This document shows positions 27,514 through 36,544 of a DNA stretch of 64,000 bases, one piece after another. Below the pieces are notes generated by a model. It was not told the DNA's origin and did not search any database. It saw only the letters and a program-made list of their open reading frames with translations. How positions within the stretch are numbered: the stretch's first letter is position 1; every line of letters begins with the position of its first letter. This DNA comes from a virus (taxonomy: Duplodnaviria; Caudoviricetes), in IMG/VR virus record IMGVR_UViG_2595698455_000001, positions 64,001 to 128,000 of that record. One strand, 5' to 3'. Made by a program: the position numbers and the translations under genes.

Positions 27514-28155
27514 ATGCGCGGGATCAATAGAATGATGTTGGCATGTGCGGCGCTCCTGCTTGTGAGCTGTCGCATCTTTGTCACGCCAATCATTTCTGTT
27601 TCCGAACTCTGGAACCCAGAAGTGCGCACATTGCCTGTCACGATATCGGCTGATGTTCAGACCTGCAACAAAGGAATCCTTGATGGGATCGTCCAAGAGT
27701 TCCAGACGTTCCAAAAACTGATACCGCTGGGTTGCTTCGAGGAGAACACCAACACCCTCAAGCCTTACTGGGAGACTACCATTCCCCTGCTTCGAAAGGG
27801 TGATGAGGGGAAGATACCTTACCTGTCAGCCAGTATTTATTACTCCCAGAACAACAGCATCATCATCACATTCAACCCATCGTTCTATGCAAAGCTGAAG
27901 CAACACACTGTAGGTCGCCTTGATGTCAACTCTGAACTCACTGTGACATTCAAAATCGTGAATGACTCGGCCAAGCCTGTGAGGATAGCAACACAGGGTG
28001 TGTTCGTGAACGGGGAAGCAGTTGGGAATGAAATGAACATATTTGAGGTGAAGCCGGAAGGAACGATATGGATCAGGCTGAGCAACGTTGGGGTGAACTC
28101 CCTACTGTTGGATGGGATTGAACCAGTGGGAGTTCTTCCGGCTAGATCAAGATGA
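27514..28155 (+). CDS. Putative lipoprotein
   Basis: MRGINRMMLACAALLLVS-C lipobox-like signal; on the opposite strand to its neighbours. Confidence 0.65.
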   Translation: MRGINRMMLACAALLLVSCRIFVTPIISVSELWNPEVRTLPVTISADVQTCNKGILDGIVQEFQTFQKLIPLGCFEENTNTLKPYWETTIPLLRKGDEGKIPYLSASIYYSQNNSIIITFNPSFYAKLKQHTVGRLDVNSELTVTFKIVNDSAKPVRIATQGVFVNGEAVGNEMNIFEVKPEGTIWIRLSNVGVNSLLLDGIEPVGVLPARSR

Positions 28156-28884
28156 TCATTTCAGGGCGTTCTTCAGATTATCGGAACCGATGCTGTTGAT
28201 GACGCCTCCGGCGCAGATGTCTTTCGCCCACTCTGAGATTACGTTGGCAAAAGAGAAGTTCAGACATTTGCCAATCATGTCTTGGATGTGGGCCAACTCT
28301 GCTGCAATACCGTTCGTGATGTCTTGAGCAACAGCGGCTACTGATGCCACGGCAGTGTTGATCGCCTGGGTAACTTCGGCGGCCAGCGCCTGAATAGCAG
28401 CCAGACCAGCACTTACCCCCTGAGCCACCAATTCAGCCAGCTCATTCATCTTGTCTGTGACGGTTGTAAGGACGCTCTGCATGGTGTTGAGCCATTGCTT
28501 GCCAAGGTTCTGGATAACTCCAAACGCATTGTTGATCAGATCGCAGTTGTTTGGTTCTCGGTCGATAGACTTCAGGCCGGACTTGTACGACACAGATGTG
28601 CCAATGCGGGAATATGCCTCGTTCACTGACTGGTCGCCATAGTTGTTCAAAGTGGTGATGCTGGCGTTGGCTGAGTTGAACATCGCCGTCGATTCATTGA
28701 GTTTGGCTGTCGTTAACCCACCTGCCGTCAGAGCGTTTTGGATCTGCGTATTTCCGGTGTTAGCTAATCCGGCTGTAGTCGCCTTGCCACTGGTGATTAA
28801 TCCCTGTGAGGTGCTGCTGAGGGACGGGAGAGGATTGGTAAAGGCGTTGCCCTGAGATAGGGCGTCATAGATCTGTGCGTTCAT
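28156..28884 (-). CDS. Hypothetical late (virion?) protein, Ala/Asn/Thr-rich helical
   Basis: 242-aa ORF preceded by a CTAAATACCCC late promoter at 28912-28918. Confidence 0.72.
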   Translation of the reverse strand: MNAQIYDALSQGNAFTNPLPSLSSTSQGLITSGKATTAGLANTGNTQIQNALTAGGLTTAKLNESTAMFNSANASITTLNNYGDQSVNEAYSRIGTSVSYKSGLKSIDREPNNCDLINNAFGVIQNLGKQWLNTMQSVLTTVTDKMNELAELVAQGVSAGLAAIQALAAEVTQAINTAVASVAAVAQDITNGIAAELAHIQDMIGKCLNFSFANVISEWAKDICAGGVINSIGSDNLKNALK

Positions 28885-28921
28885 AAGAAAATACCCCCAT
28901 GGATGATGGGGTATTTAGGGA

Positions 28922-29089
28922 TCAGGGTAGTTTGTAAACGAAGTTTGACCAGAACTTGCGAGCAAACTTCTTGATATAGACCATTCGGGTGGCATATTCC
29001 CCATCCTTCAGGTCATTGTAGGTCTCAAATCCCACTGCGCCCAGGAAGTAAGCCGTGAAGATATAGCAGAACAGATTGATGACGAACAT
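28922..29089 (-). CDS. Small membrane protein (55 aa)
   Basis: Manual read MFVINLFCYIFTAYFLGAVGFETYNDL...NFVYKLP; GGAG SD; below the ORF-track cutoff. Confidence 0.6.
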   Translation of the reverse strand: MFVINLFCYIFTAYFLGAVGFETYNDLKDGEYATRMVYIKKFARKFWSNFVYKLP

Positions 29090-29129
29090 GATGTGTCTCC
29101 GCTGTGTGAACTCAAATATTTATGACAGG

Positions 29130-29552
29130 TTACAAAAGGCGCTTGGTTTTAGGCTTGCCTATCAGTGTGATGTCCACAGGGAGGCCAGCTTTCTTGCAAC
29201 GGTTGATCATATCCAGAGTGCCAGTAGACGAGCCGTCCCACATTGCAATCGGATAAACTTCCAACTTGGTCTGATGCGCCAACTGCAATGCCTTGTCTAA
29301 CATGTCCTGGTTGCGCTTGTTGCCCATCCCGTTCCCATACTTTTCATAATAGCTTGGAGGGATTGGCATAGGGGTGACATCAACATAATTGATTTCAGCC
29401 CAATCACGGCAAATGGTATCGACGCCAGAGGCTTCACCCTCAATCAACGTATAGACTTCATGAGGATCCAATAATTCATCCAGCTTGGCGAATACCTTAT
29501 CCCGCTCGGTAATTGAGCGGGAACCTGTGATGAGTACGATATATTTCTTCAT
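29130..29552 (-). CDS. SLOG-superfamily (YspA/DUF2493-like) protein
   Basis: VLITGSRS...LIEGEASGVDTICRDWAE...KRNQDML...WDGSSTGTLDMI. Confidence 0.75.
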   Translation of the reverse strand: MKKYIVLITGSRSITERDKVFAKLDELLDPHEVYTLIEGEASGVDTICRDWAEINYVDVTPMPIPPSYYEKYGNGMGNKRNQDMLDKALQLAHQTKLEVYPIAMWDGSSTGTLDMINRCKKAGLPVDITLIGKPKTKRLL

Positions 29553-29557
29553 GGAAC

Positions 29558-29878
29558 TCACAGCGCCCCAAGATTGCCGATGACATACAGGGAGCACAGA
29601 GGAGTGCCTGACGAACGCGGTTCTATCGTCATCCCGCTCAGGCGGATCAGTTCCAGCAAACCGTCGGTGGTCTGATACGCGCGTGTCGAACCGTTCGGAC
29701 GGTATAGCTCCAACTCGGTTCTGCCTTCCTTTAATGCATTACGGATGCGGGTGAACACACTGTGGCCGCCGAACTTCTGCTTCAGAATGTCCAGTTTGGT
29801 GGTCAGGCGACGGCGAGGTTTGCGAGCGCGTGGGTTCTCTTTCGCGACTGCTTCTAAAATTGGGATGCTGTTGGCCAT
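29558..29878 (-). CDS. Hypothetical basic protein
   Basis: MANSIPIL start with GAGGA SD. Confidence 0.65.
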   Translation of the reverse strand: MANSIPILEAVAKENPRARKPRRRLTTKLDILKQKFGGHSVFTRIRNALKEGRTELELYRPNGSTRAYQTTDGLLELIRLSGMTIEPRSSGTPLCSLYVIGNLGAL

Positions 29879-29937
29879 GATAAAGTCCTCTATTTGTAGG
29901 GGATAGGGTATGCGGTTAACATACCCCATTCAAAGGT

Positions 29938-30219
29938 TTAGAACAAATGCTCACCTTCTACATGGTATGCTAACACGCCGTCAGAACATTCAAAATACAT
30001 GTTATCGTATTCCCACAGAGCAGTGATTTCCTCACCCTGGCAAACTACTGAAAACTTCGGCTGGCTGGTCATAACCGGAAATTTTTCAGGGGAAGAGATT
30101 GGGGTGAATTTGGCATTTCTGACGACCATACCAACAATTTGCTGCAATGTTACTTTGTAACGAGAGTGAGTGATAGTGCCAGCATTCAGGGCTTCGGTCA
30201 ATTGCGCTTTAGTTGTCAT
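29938..30219 (-). CDS. Hypothetical early protein
   Basis: AAGGAACTATATCATG leader; early promoter upstream. Confidence 0.65.
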   Translation of the reverse strand: MTTKAQLTEALNAGTITHSRYKVTLQQIVGMVVRNAKFTPISSPEKFPVMTSQPKFSVVCQGEEITALWEYDNMYFECSDGVLAYHVEGEHLF

Positions 30220-30268
30220 GATATAGTTCCTTCATTTCAGAGTCAGTGTTGTGCTGCTTATGGAATGA

Positions 30269-30296
30269 AGTATACGGGGTTTATTGAAGAAGTAAA
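30269..30296 (-). promoter_or_regulatory. Early sigma70-like promoter TTTACT-N16-TATACT
   Basis: Direct match. Confidence 0.6.
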
Positions 30297-30322
30297 CCCC
30301 GTTTATTGAATAAATTTAAAAT

Positions 30323-30558
30323 TTATTTGAAGCGGTCGGGAAGGGTGTCGTGCAGTTCAGCTGACATAACCAGGAACTTGCCATCTTTGGTCGGGAAGCA
30401 ATAGTCCTTTTTCACGATCTTCAGGTGCTCTGCGGTAGCCCGAACACACTCATCGGTGATATCGGTCTTTTTGCCAACCCACATGGACTTGACTGTGTCC
30501 AGAGTACCCTGATAAATGGTTCCACCAACGGGCTTGCGCCGATAGTTTTGATTCTCAT
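30323..30558 (-). pseudogene. Small hypothetical gene with a single-base frameshift
   Basis: MRIKTIGASP then, after one missing base at about 30527, GGTIYQGTLDTVKSMWVGKKTDITDECV...LPDRFK*. Confidence 0.6.
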
Positions 30559-30566
30559 GATCAACC

Positions 30567-31007
30567 TCAGTTAATACGGAACAGATGTGGATAACCGCCA
30601 GGATGACCCTGACCCGTAACGAACACGTCGAACTTCGAACCCTTGATCAGACCAGGCAGATTACCAGAGTCTAGTAGTTCGCGGATCTGGTCCATCGCCA
30701 GCATCCAGTTCTTGGCAGGTTCGGCTTCAGCTTCACCGCGATTGAGGACGAGTTCGCCTTCAGAATAATACTTCCCGCTGTCCTTCATGTAATACAGCTT
30801 GATGTGGATGTACTGAGGGGACGGGACCAAGCGCCAACCATCGTCAATCAGATCCTGGCGATCATTGTCCAGGGACTGATAATCGATATCACCAGATGCC
30901 AGGCCATAGCTGCGCATGTAGCGGAACTTCTCAACGCGATCTTTCACGTCGGAGATGAAGAACTCCTTCGTGGCTGGACTGATAAAAATGTATTTCTCTT
31001 TTGACAT
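30567..31007 (-). CDS. Hypothetical protein
   Basis: MSKEKYIF start, AAGGAA SD; YMKDSGKYYSEG...LPGL. Confidence 0.7.
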   Translation of the reverse strand: MSKEKYIFISPATKEFFISDVKDRVEKFRYMRSYGLASGDIDYQSLDNDRQDLIDDGWRLVPSPQYIHIKLYYMKDSGKYYSEGELVLNRGEAEAEPAKNWMLAMDQIRELLDSGNLPGLIKGSKFDVFVTGQGHPGGYPHLFRIN

Positions 31008-31161
31008 GATGTGGTTCCTTTCTTTCAAAGAATGATGTGTTCGTCGATATCGGACTGCGTTGCAATCTCCCCAGCGGACGTTGTTCTCGGTTGTGATGAA
31101 AACACGGTTCAGGTGAGAGGCTGGCACGTACACTAATGTGTTATTACTTCTTCTAAAGTTT

Positions 31162-31335
31162 TCATTCTGTTTCCTTAATTTTAGCGGTTATTGCTTCCAA
31201 TGGGGTTTGGCCTGAAGAATAGGCTTCACGCCATTCGGCTCGATTGAAAGTCGCGGTATTATATTTGGAAACCCGCATCAATTCGTTGTGCCATTCATAA
31301 AATGTGGAATTTTTGTTGGTCATGGCTGTAATCAT
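31162..31335 (-). CDS. Small hypothetical protein (57 aa)
   Basis: Manual read MITAMTNKNSTFYEWHNELM...WREAYSSGQTPLEAI; GAGG SD. Confidence 0.55.
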   Translation of the reverse strand: MITAMTNKNSTFYEWHNELMRVSKYNTATFNRAEWREAYSSGQTPLEAITAKIKETE

Positions 31336-31431
31336 GTATTCGCCTCAATTTTGATAATGCGAGAATTTTAACATGTAAACAACTGTATATTAAATCAATG
31401 TATTGAATAACACAAGTATAAATATGGACAA

Positions 31432-32907
31432 TTAACGGTCTAATCGGTATTTGATCAATCCACAATTCCAAATCCTGACCAGCCCGGCTTCGGTTGCTAA
31501 CTGGCTTTCTGTTTTGCCTTCTACGTCATACCCCATCCGAGCAAATGAATCCTTTCTGAAACCGAACTTGTGCTCACGCATAAATGTACCAGGCTTGTGA
31601 TATTTGTAATCCGGCTTCTGTACTTCCTCTTCTGTGAACCCGTGGGATAGGTAAATGTTCGACAGTCTGCTTACGACACACCTGTCGCCAAAAGAATAGA
31701 TTGGGATACCAACAAATTCCCTTCTGAAGTGTGATAGAAGTTTACCGAACGCCCCATGACACTCATTAGAGGCAAATCTGACTAATTCCAGGCCATCTTT
31801 CCTTTTGGTAAACAACATCACAGCCTGTATCACACCAGCCTTATCAATTAGCGATAAGTGGTGGGTGGACGATACGGAACCTTGTATATGATGGGCGTCT
31901 AGAAACTCCCTCACACCGCTCATATTGCCCCAAACAACTTTATGTTGGCGAGCGTATGAGACAGGTGTTTTAATGCCGAGTTTTGCCTTCAGGAGGGATC
32001 TAACCACATCCTGTTTCTCAACCCATTCGTCTTCCCAAATATGAATCAACTGGATACCCTGAGATTCACACATTTCAGTCTTTTCCAGATGATATCGCTT
32101 CTCTTTAAAAACTTCTGAATGCCAATATAGCCCGTTAAATTCTATGGCAAGTTTGTGTCCCGGGCAATAGATATCCAGTTGTTTGCCGGACAATACATTG
32201 TAATCAGAAACCGTGTTCACTACTCCCATTGAGGTGAGAAACTGGGATATTTCTTTTTCATAAGAAGATTTCTTATGTCTGACAGAACCATTGTTGGACA
32301 GCGCACGTTTCAGTATGGCTGAGTTTTTCATGGGGTTATCAACCCCATAACGTTCCTGTAATGTTATTAACGTCTTCTCCCTCACACCCGGTAGTTGTAG
32401 GGTAGAGCTACTCCCATATTTGGATATGTTTGAATTCTCTATAACCTTCCGGCCAACCCCACCTTTACACATAGAAACTTGATAACATTCTTCAGAACAA
32501 TATGTTCTGTAATCTTTATCATTGATGTAAAAGTTGGTTTCCCTGGAACATACAGGACAAGACTTCGCGTTTCTATTGTGTAACCACGCCGTGATTTTAC
32601 AAGCCAGGTCTTGTAGGGTGTTATGGGCGTTGGCGAATAATAAGAGGTCCACCTTGATGTGCTTCATCAGCAGTTCGGATTTGCATTTCTGTATATCCAA
32701 CTTACCGTTCTTAGTGAACATATGCTTATGGAAAAATTGACGATATGAGTCTTCATCCGAAAGACACATTGCATCAGCAACAAATTCTGGGGTTAGATTT
32801 TTCATTGTGTTACTAGAAAATGTTTTACAACTGTCCGAACAAAATTTCTTATCTTTCCTGGCAGCTTTAAACTGTTCATGGCAGATGCTGCAGATTACCT
32901 GATACAT
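31432..32907 (-). mobile_element. Hef/Vsr-like endonuclease with zinc fingers, YG repeats and a C-terminal Mom-like GNAT domain
   Basis: CxxC...FCSxxC fingers; LDIYCPGHKLAIEFNGLYWHSE...LIHIWEDEW; LELVRF...YSFGDR...NIYLSHGF; AT-rich; paralog of 39128. Confidence 0.78.
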
Positions 32908-32962
32908 AATTGATCTCCGTTGTATGGTATCTAGTATAACCCGTTTAATGTCATGAACAAAT

Positions 32963-32986
32963 AAAAACCCCGCCGAAGCGGGGTTT
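32963..32986 (-). terminator. gp23 terminator with UUCG tetraloop
   Basis: Minus strand AAACCCCGC-TTCG-GCGGGGTTTTT. Confidence 0.8.
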
Positions 32987-33014
32987 GTTAGGACGTAAGC
33001 CATTGTTTTAATTA

Positions 33015-34337
33015 TTAAAACAGGCCTTTTATGAGTCCCTTACGGAAATACGGGTTGCTGTCCTGAGCGATACCATCAGCAGTCACATAAACCTGCGGAT
33101 CCTGGTTCGCTGGGATCTGAACGAACGGGTTGGCACAAATCCCGTAGCGTGTCTTGAACGCCATACGTGGGCTGAAGGTGGTTTCACCCTGGGTGCGGTA
33201 CATTTCCAGCGGTACATACGGCGCGAAGAAGATACCAGCATCCAGCGCGGTCGCGCCTTTGTATGCCAGGGTGATGTACTCTGCTACTGCATACGGGTCG
33301 ATGTAGACACGCATACCGTTAGACAGAACACCAGCGAAGGTCTGGCCGGTTGGGTCGATCGCCAGCTTGGTGTTTTCCTGCAGCGCCGGAGCGTAATCCA
33401 GCATGCCGGACATCGCCAGGGCAGATGCTACGTTCGGAGAACACAGAACACGGTTGCCTTTACCACGACGGGTGTCAACACCGATGCCGTTCGCTTCAAC
33501 TTCCAGCATGAAAGTCATGTACTTCCATTTTTCCAGCGCCCAACGACCGGAGATGTCGGTGGAGATATCTACAACGCCGTTCGCGCCGAATTTTTTGAAG
33601 CGTACAGCACTGAAGTTCATGGTGCGGATAAACTCACGGTTCATCTCGGCCTGAATTTCAGTTACCATCACGTCGGACAGGATGCTGTCAACGTCTTCGC
33701 CGTGGATCGCCATCATGTCCTGGCGCAGTTCGTGGCTGTAGTCAGCGTACAGGCCGCGAGACTTCGCAGTCACGGTTGCTTTCTGAACGGTGATACCAAC
33801 ACGCGCCCAAGGGTTGGTGGTAGTACCCAGAAGTTCAGCGTCGGTGGTTGGCATACCTTTACCGATGGTGGTCACGCCAGCGCCGGAACCTTCGATCTCA
33901 GCCTGAGTAAAGCCAGATGGGTCACCAGCCTGTACAGTACCGTCACCAGAGTAGCCAGAATCAGCTTCCTGCATGAACAGTTCTTTACGGGACTGTTGGG
34001 TGTTGGAACCGTCGGCGATGCCCTGACGAGCACGCAGAGCAAAGATCTGACCATCAGGACCAGACAGCGGCTGAACACCGAAGAAGTCCATCGCGATGTT
34101 GATTGGAGCCAGACGTTTCGCCATGTCGATCAGGACTGGCTGCCATTTGCCCACGGAGTTGTTTACAGAACCAGGAGCGTCAGATTCGCCCAGGTTTTTG
34201 GCGTTCCACTCAGCCTGGTTTTCCAGGAGGCGGACAGCCACGTTTTCGGCAGACAGAGGCTGAATCTGTTCGGATTCTTTCTGAAGAACAGGCAGCCACT
34301 CTTTGCGCATTTCTTCGGTTACAAGTTTCTTAGCCAT
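33015..34337 (-). CDS. 23: gp23 major capsid protein
   Basis: GVQPLSGPDGQIFALR, TAKSRGL, EIQAEMNRE, DAGIFFAPYVPL, FKTRYG. Confidence 0.96.
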   Translation of the reverse strand: MAKKLVTEEMRKEWLPVLQKESEQIQPLSAENVAVRLLENQAEWNAKNLGESDAPGSVNNSVGKWQPVLIDMAKRLAPINIAMDFFGVQPLSGPDGQIFALRARQGIADGSNTQQSRKELFMQEADSGYSGDGTVQAGDPSGFTQAEIEGSGAGVTTIGKGMPTTDAELLGTTTNPWARVGITVQKATVTAKSRGLYADYSHELRQDMMAIHGEDVDSILSDVMVTEIQAEMNREFIRTMNFSAVRFKKFGANGVVDISTDISGRWALEKWKYMTFMLEVEANGIGVDTRRGKGNRVLCSPNVASALAMSGMLDYAPALQENTKLAIDPTGQTFAGVLSNGMRVYIDPYAVAEYITLAYKGATALDAGIFFAPYVPLEMYRTQGETTFSPRMAFKTRYGICANPFVQIPANQDPQVYVTADGIAQDSNPYFRKGLIKGLF

Positions 34338-34428
34338 GATGCTCATTCCTTACATTGATATTCAGTTAAGTTGAAATTACTTAGTAGTTCAAAATCAAGC
34401 CCCCTTTCGAGGGCTGTGGCTGCTAAAA

Positions 34429-35301
34429 TTAGCCGTTGATGCCGTATTTCGCACGATACGCTTCGCGCTGGCGACGAATAGATTCTTTCAGCTCTTTACC
34501 AGCTTCGTCTTCATCATCGTCGTCTTTGTCGTCATCGCCTTCTTTCTTAGGCTTTTTGCCTTCATCGACTTTGTCTTTGTCGCCTTTGTTGTCTTTATTG
34601 TCGTCGTCGCCGTCTTTGCCGCCGACCTTATCCTGGAAGTCGTCGTCATCACCTTCTTTCTTGGCGGACTTGCCTTCTACCAGATTACGGAAGGTGTGAA
34701 CACGAGAAGCGAATTCGCTTTCAGTGGTGAATTGCACCGCTTCCAGCAGATTGACAACAGTTTCTTTCTTGGTGTCAACCATACCTTCACAGATACGGGA
34801 GATCACAGAGTCACGCAGAGTCGCATTCGCGGCTTCTTTGATCTGGCGGTTTTCGCTTTCTGCTGCAGCCGCACGTTGTTCAGCTTCAGACAGACGACGA
34901 GTCAGCGCAGCGATCTGGCCGTTTTCGTCGGTAGCAAAGTTGATGCCAGCTTCTTTCAGAACGCCAGTCAGGCCAGTCAGCAGGTTTTCAGCTGCTTCAC
35001 GCTTGATCTGAGCATCGATTGCAGGAGCGTTGGTGTTAGCCCACTCTTCTACAACGGCGTTCAGGAAGCTGTCAACCTTAGTCGCGATTTCCATCACGTG
35101 AGACTCTTTCAGCTGAGCAATCTCAGACTGATGAGCTTCAACCAGACGCAGGCGCTCTTCGTTGCCAGCTTGTTCGGTTTCTTGAATAGCGGTCAGGCGA
35201 GCGGCTTCTACTTTAGATTCCAGCAGACCAGACACTTTATCCAGGAAGTCGGTGCTGAGGCCGTTAACGCCCTCAAACAGTTTTTGCAATTCAGGTTTCA
35301 T
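34429..35301 (-). CDS. 22: gp22 prohead scaffold protein
   Basis: Acidic coiled coil, VDSFLNAVVEEW; between 21 and 23; late promoter at 35329-35335. Confidence 0.85.
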   Translation of the reverse strand: MKPELQKLFEGVNGLSTDFLDKVSGLLESKVEAARLTAIQETEQAGNEERLRLVEAHQSEIAQLKESHVMEIATKVDSFLNAVVEEWANTNAPAIDAQIKREAAENLLTGLTGVLKEAGINFATDENGQIAALTRRLSEAEQRAAAAESENRQIKEAANATLRDSVISRICEGMVDTKKETVVNLLEAVQFTTESEFASRVHTFRNLVEGKSAKKEGDDDDFQDKVGGKDGDDDNKDNKGDKDKVDEGKKPKKEGDDDKDDDDEDEAGKELKESIRRQREAYRAKYGING

Positions 35302-35346
35302 GATTGTTTCCTTCTGAACGATTTTCAGTATTTAGTGAGGCTGAAT

Positions 35347-36012
35347 TCAGCCCAGATGTCTCAATGCGATATCGAGGCGGCGCAGGAAGTCGTCTTCGAA
35401 CTGCACATTGGTTTTCACCAACGAATCGACCACTTGCCCTTTGATGTCTTTAGGAACCCAGATTCCTGAAGATTCATCAAGCTGCCATTCAACAGATTCG
35501 CTCACAGCCTTTACATAACAAACTTGTCCAGAAGGACGGTCGACTGCATCAACAGCAGTGAGCATAAAGCCAGGTTGAACGTCGTCATAACCGTTCACCG
35601 ACTTGGTCTCACCAAGGCCACGTGTAGACACGGCCAAGTTGAAGTCTGCTTCGGCCAGAGCACGAATGATCTGACCTTTTGGTGTATTTAGCACACGCGC
35701 TCGACCGATTGCATTTGTACCCTCCCAACGGAGGCTCTCGGTCTTCAGCGCAGCTTCAGCGATATCTGGGAAAGGGTAGTCGGGATGTTTGAGTTCACCG
35801 ATTGCGCGACGATCCTGAACATACTCTTTGTCATATGCTTCGACAGCTGGCATGCCCACTTTCTGGAGATCGTAGTTGCGTCCATTACGGTTCACCTGAT
35901 TACACATCACGAATGGACCTTCGATGAACATAGCCTTGCCCCCAGTGGAGGTTGTGCTTTCACCGATTTGGAGGTCTTTCCCTATCGCCGTGATCTCACG
36001 CAACAGTTTCAT
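35347..36012 (-). CDS. 21: gp21 prohead protease
   Basis: FIEGPF...NRNGRNY...AIGELKHP...NTPKG...VSTRGLG...DAVDRPS. Confidence 0.92.
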   Translation of the reverse strand: MKLLREITAIGKDLQIGESTTSTGGKAMFIEGPFVMCNQVNRNGRNYDLQKVGMPAVEAYDKEYVQDRRAIGELKHPDYPFPDIAEAALKTESLRWEGTNAIGRARVLNTPKGQIIRALAEADFNLAVSTRGLGETKSVNGYDDVQPGFMLTAVDAVDRPSGQVCYVKAVSESVEWQLDESSGIWVPKDIKGQVVDSLVKTNVQFEDDFLRRLDIALRHLG

Positions 36013-36022
36013 CATTCGCTCC

Positions 36023-36328
36023 TTAACTCAGCCCCATCATACGACGGAACTTCATCGCTTTCTTCTTACGACGCTCAATCTTGCGATTGTAGCCCATACC
36101 CATGCGTTTCTTGGCTCGTACCGCTTTACGGTTGCCCAACTTGCGAGTACGGCGCTCACTGGCGACCATAACCTCACAACGGGAACCGTCAGCAGACAGC
36201 TTGAAACCAGGAGCACACTGCAGACGGCGGCGGCGTTTACCTTTTGCATTCACCTTGTCAATGACTTTCTGCTCGTCCATGCGGGAAGCCAGGAAATCAG
36301 CGAATGTAGCAACTTCTTCGATTTCCAT
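36023..36328 (-). CDS. Prohead core protein (gp68-like)
   Basis: Very basic C-terminus RRKKKAMKFRRMMGL; position upstream of 21. Confidence 0.7.
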   Translation of the reverse strand: MEIEEVATFADFLASRMDEQKVIDKVNAKGKRRRRLQCAPGFKLSADGSRCEVMVASERRTRKLGNRKAVRAKKRMGMGYNRKIERRKKKAMKFRRMMGLS

Positions 36329-36338
36329 GATGTGCTCC

Positions 36339-36506
36339 TCATTCGTCTTCGGCAGGAGACATGTCTTGACTCAGAGAGTTCATGACATATGCAGTGCCCT
36401 GTTGGACGAGTTCCTGGGCGCGAGCAGACAGTTCAGTTTGACATTCTGCAACAGCAGCATCGGTGTCACCAGCGATGATTGCTCTTACCAGATCGATAGC
36501 AGCCAT
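36339..36506 (-). CDS. Small prohead core protein (gp67-like position)
   Basis: Manual read MAAIDLVRAIIAGDTDAAVAECQTELSARA...; GAGGA SD, CTAAGTA late-promoter-like site. Confidence 0.6.
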   Translation of the reverse strand: MAAIDLVRAIIAGDTDAAVAECQTELSARAQELVQQGTAYVMNSLSQDMSPAEDE

Positions 36507-36544
36507 GATCATATCCTCTCAAATGTTTTCTATACTTAGTCGAA

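Noticed and set aside
34500-34660. Low-complexity TCG/TCT-rich tract
   Set aside because: Encodes the Asp/Lys-rich tail of the gp22 scaffold; not an independent repeat
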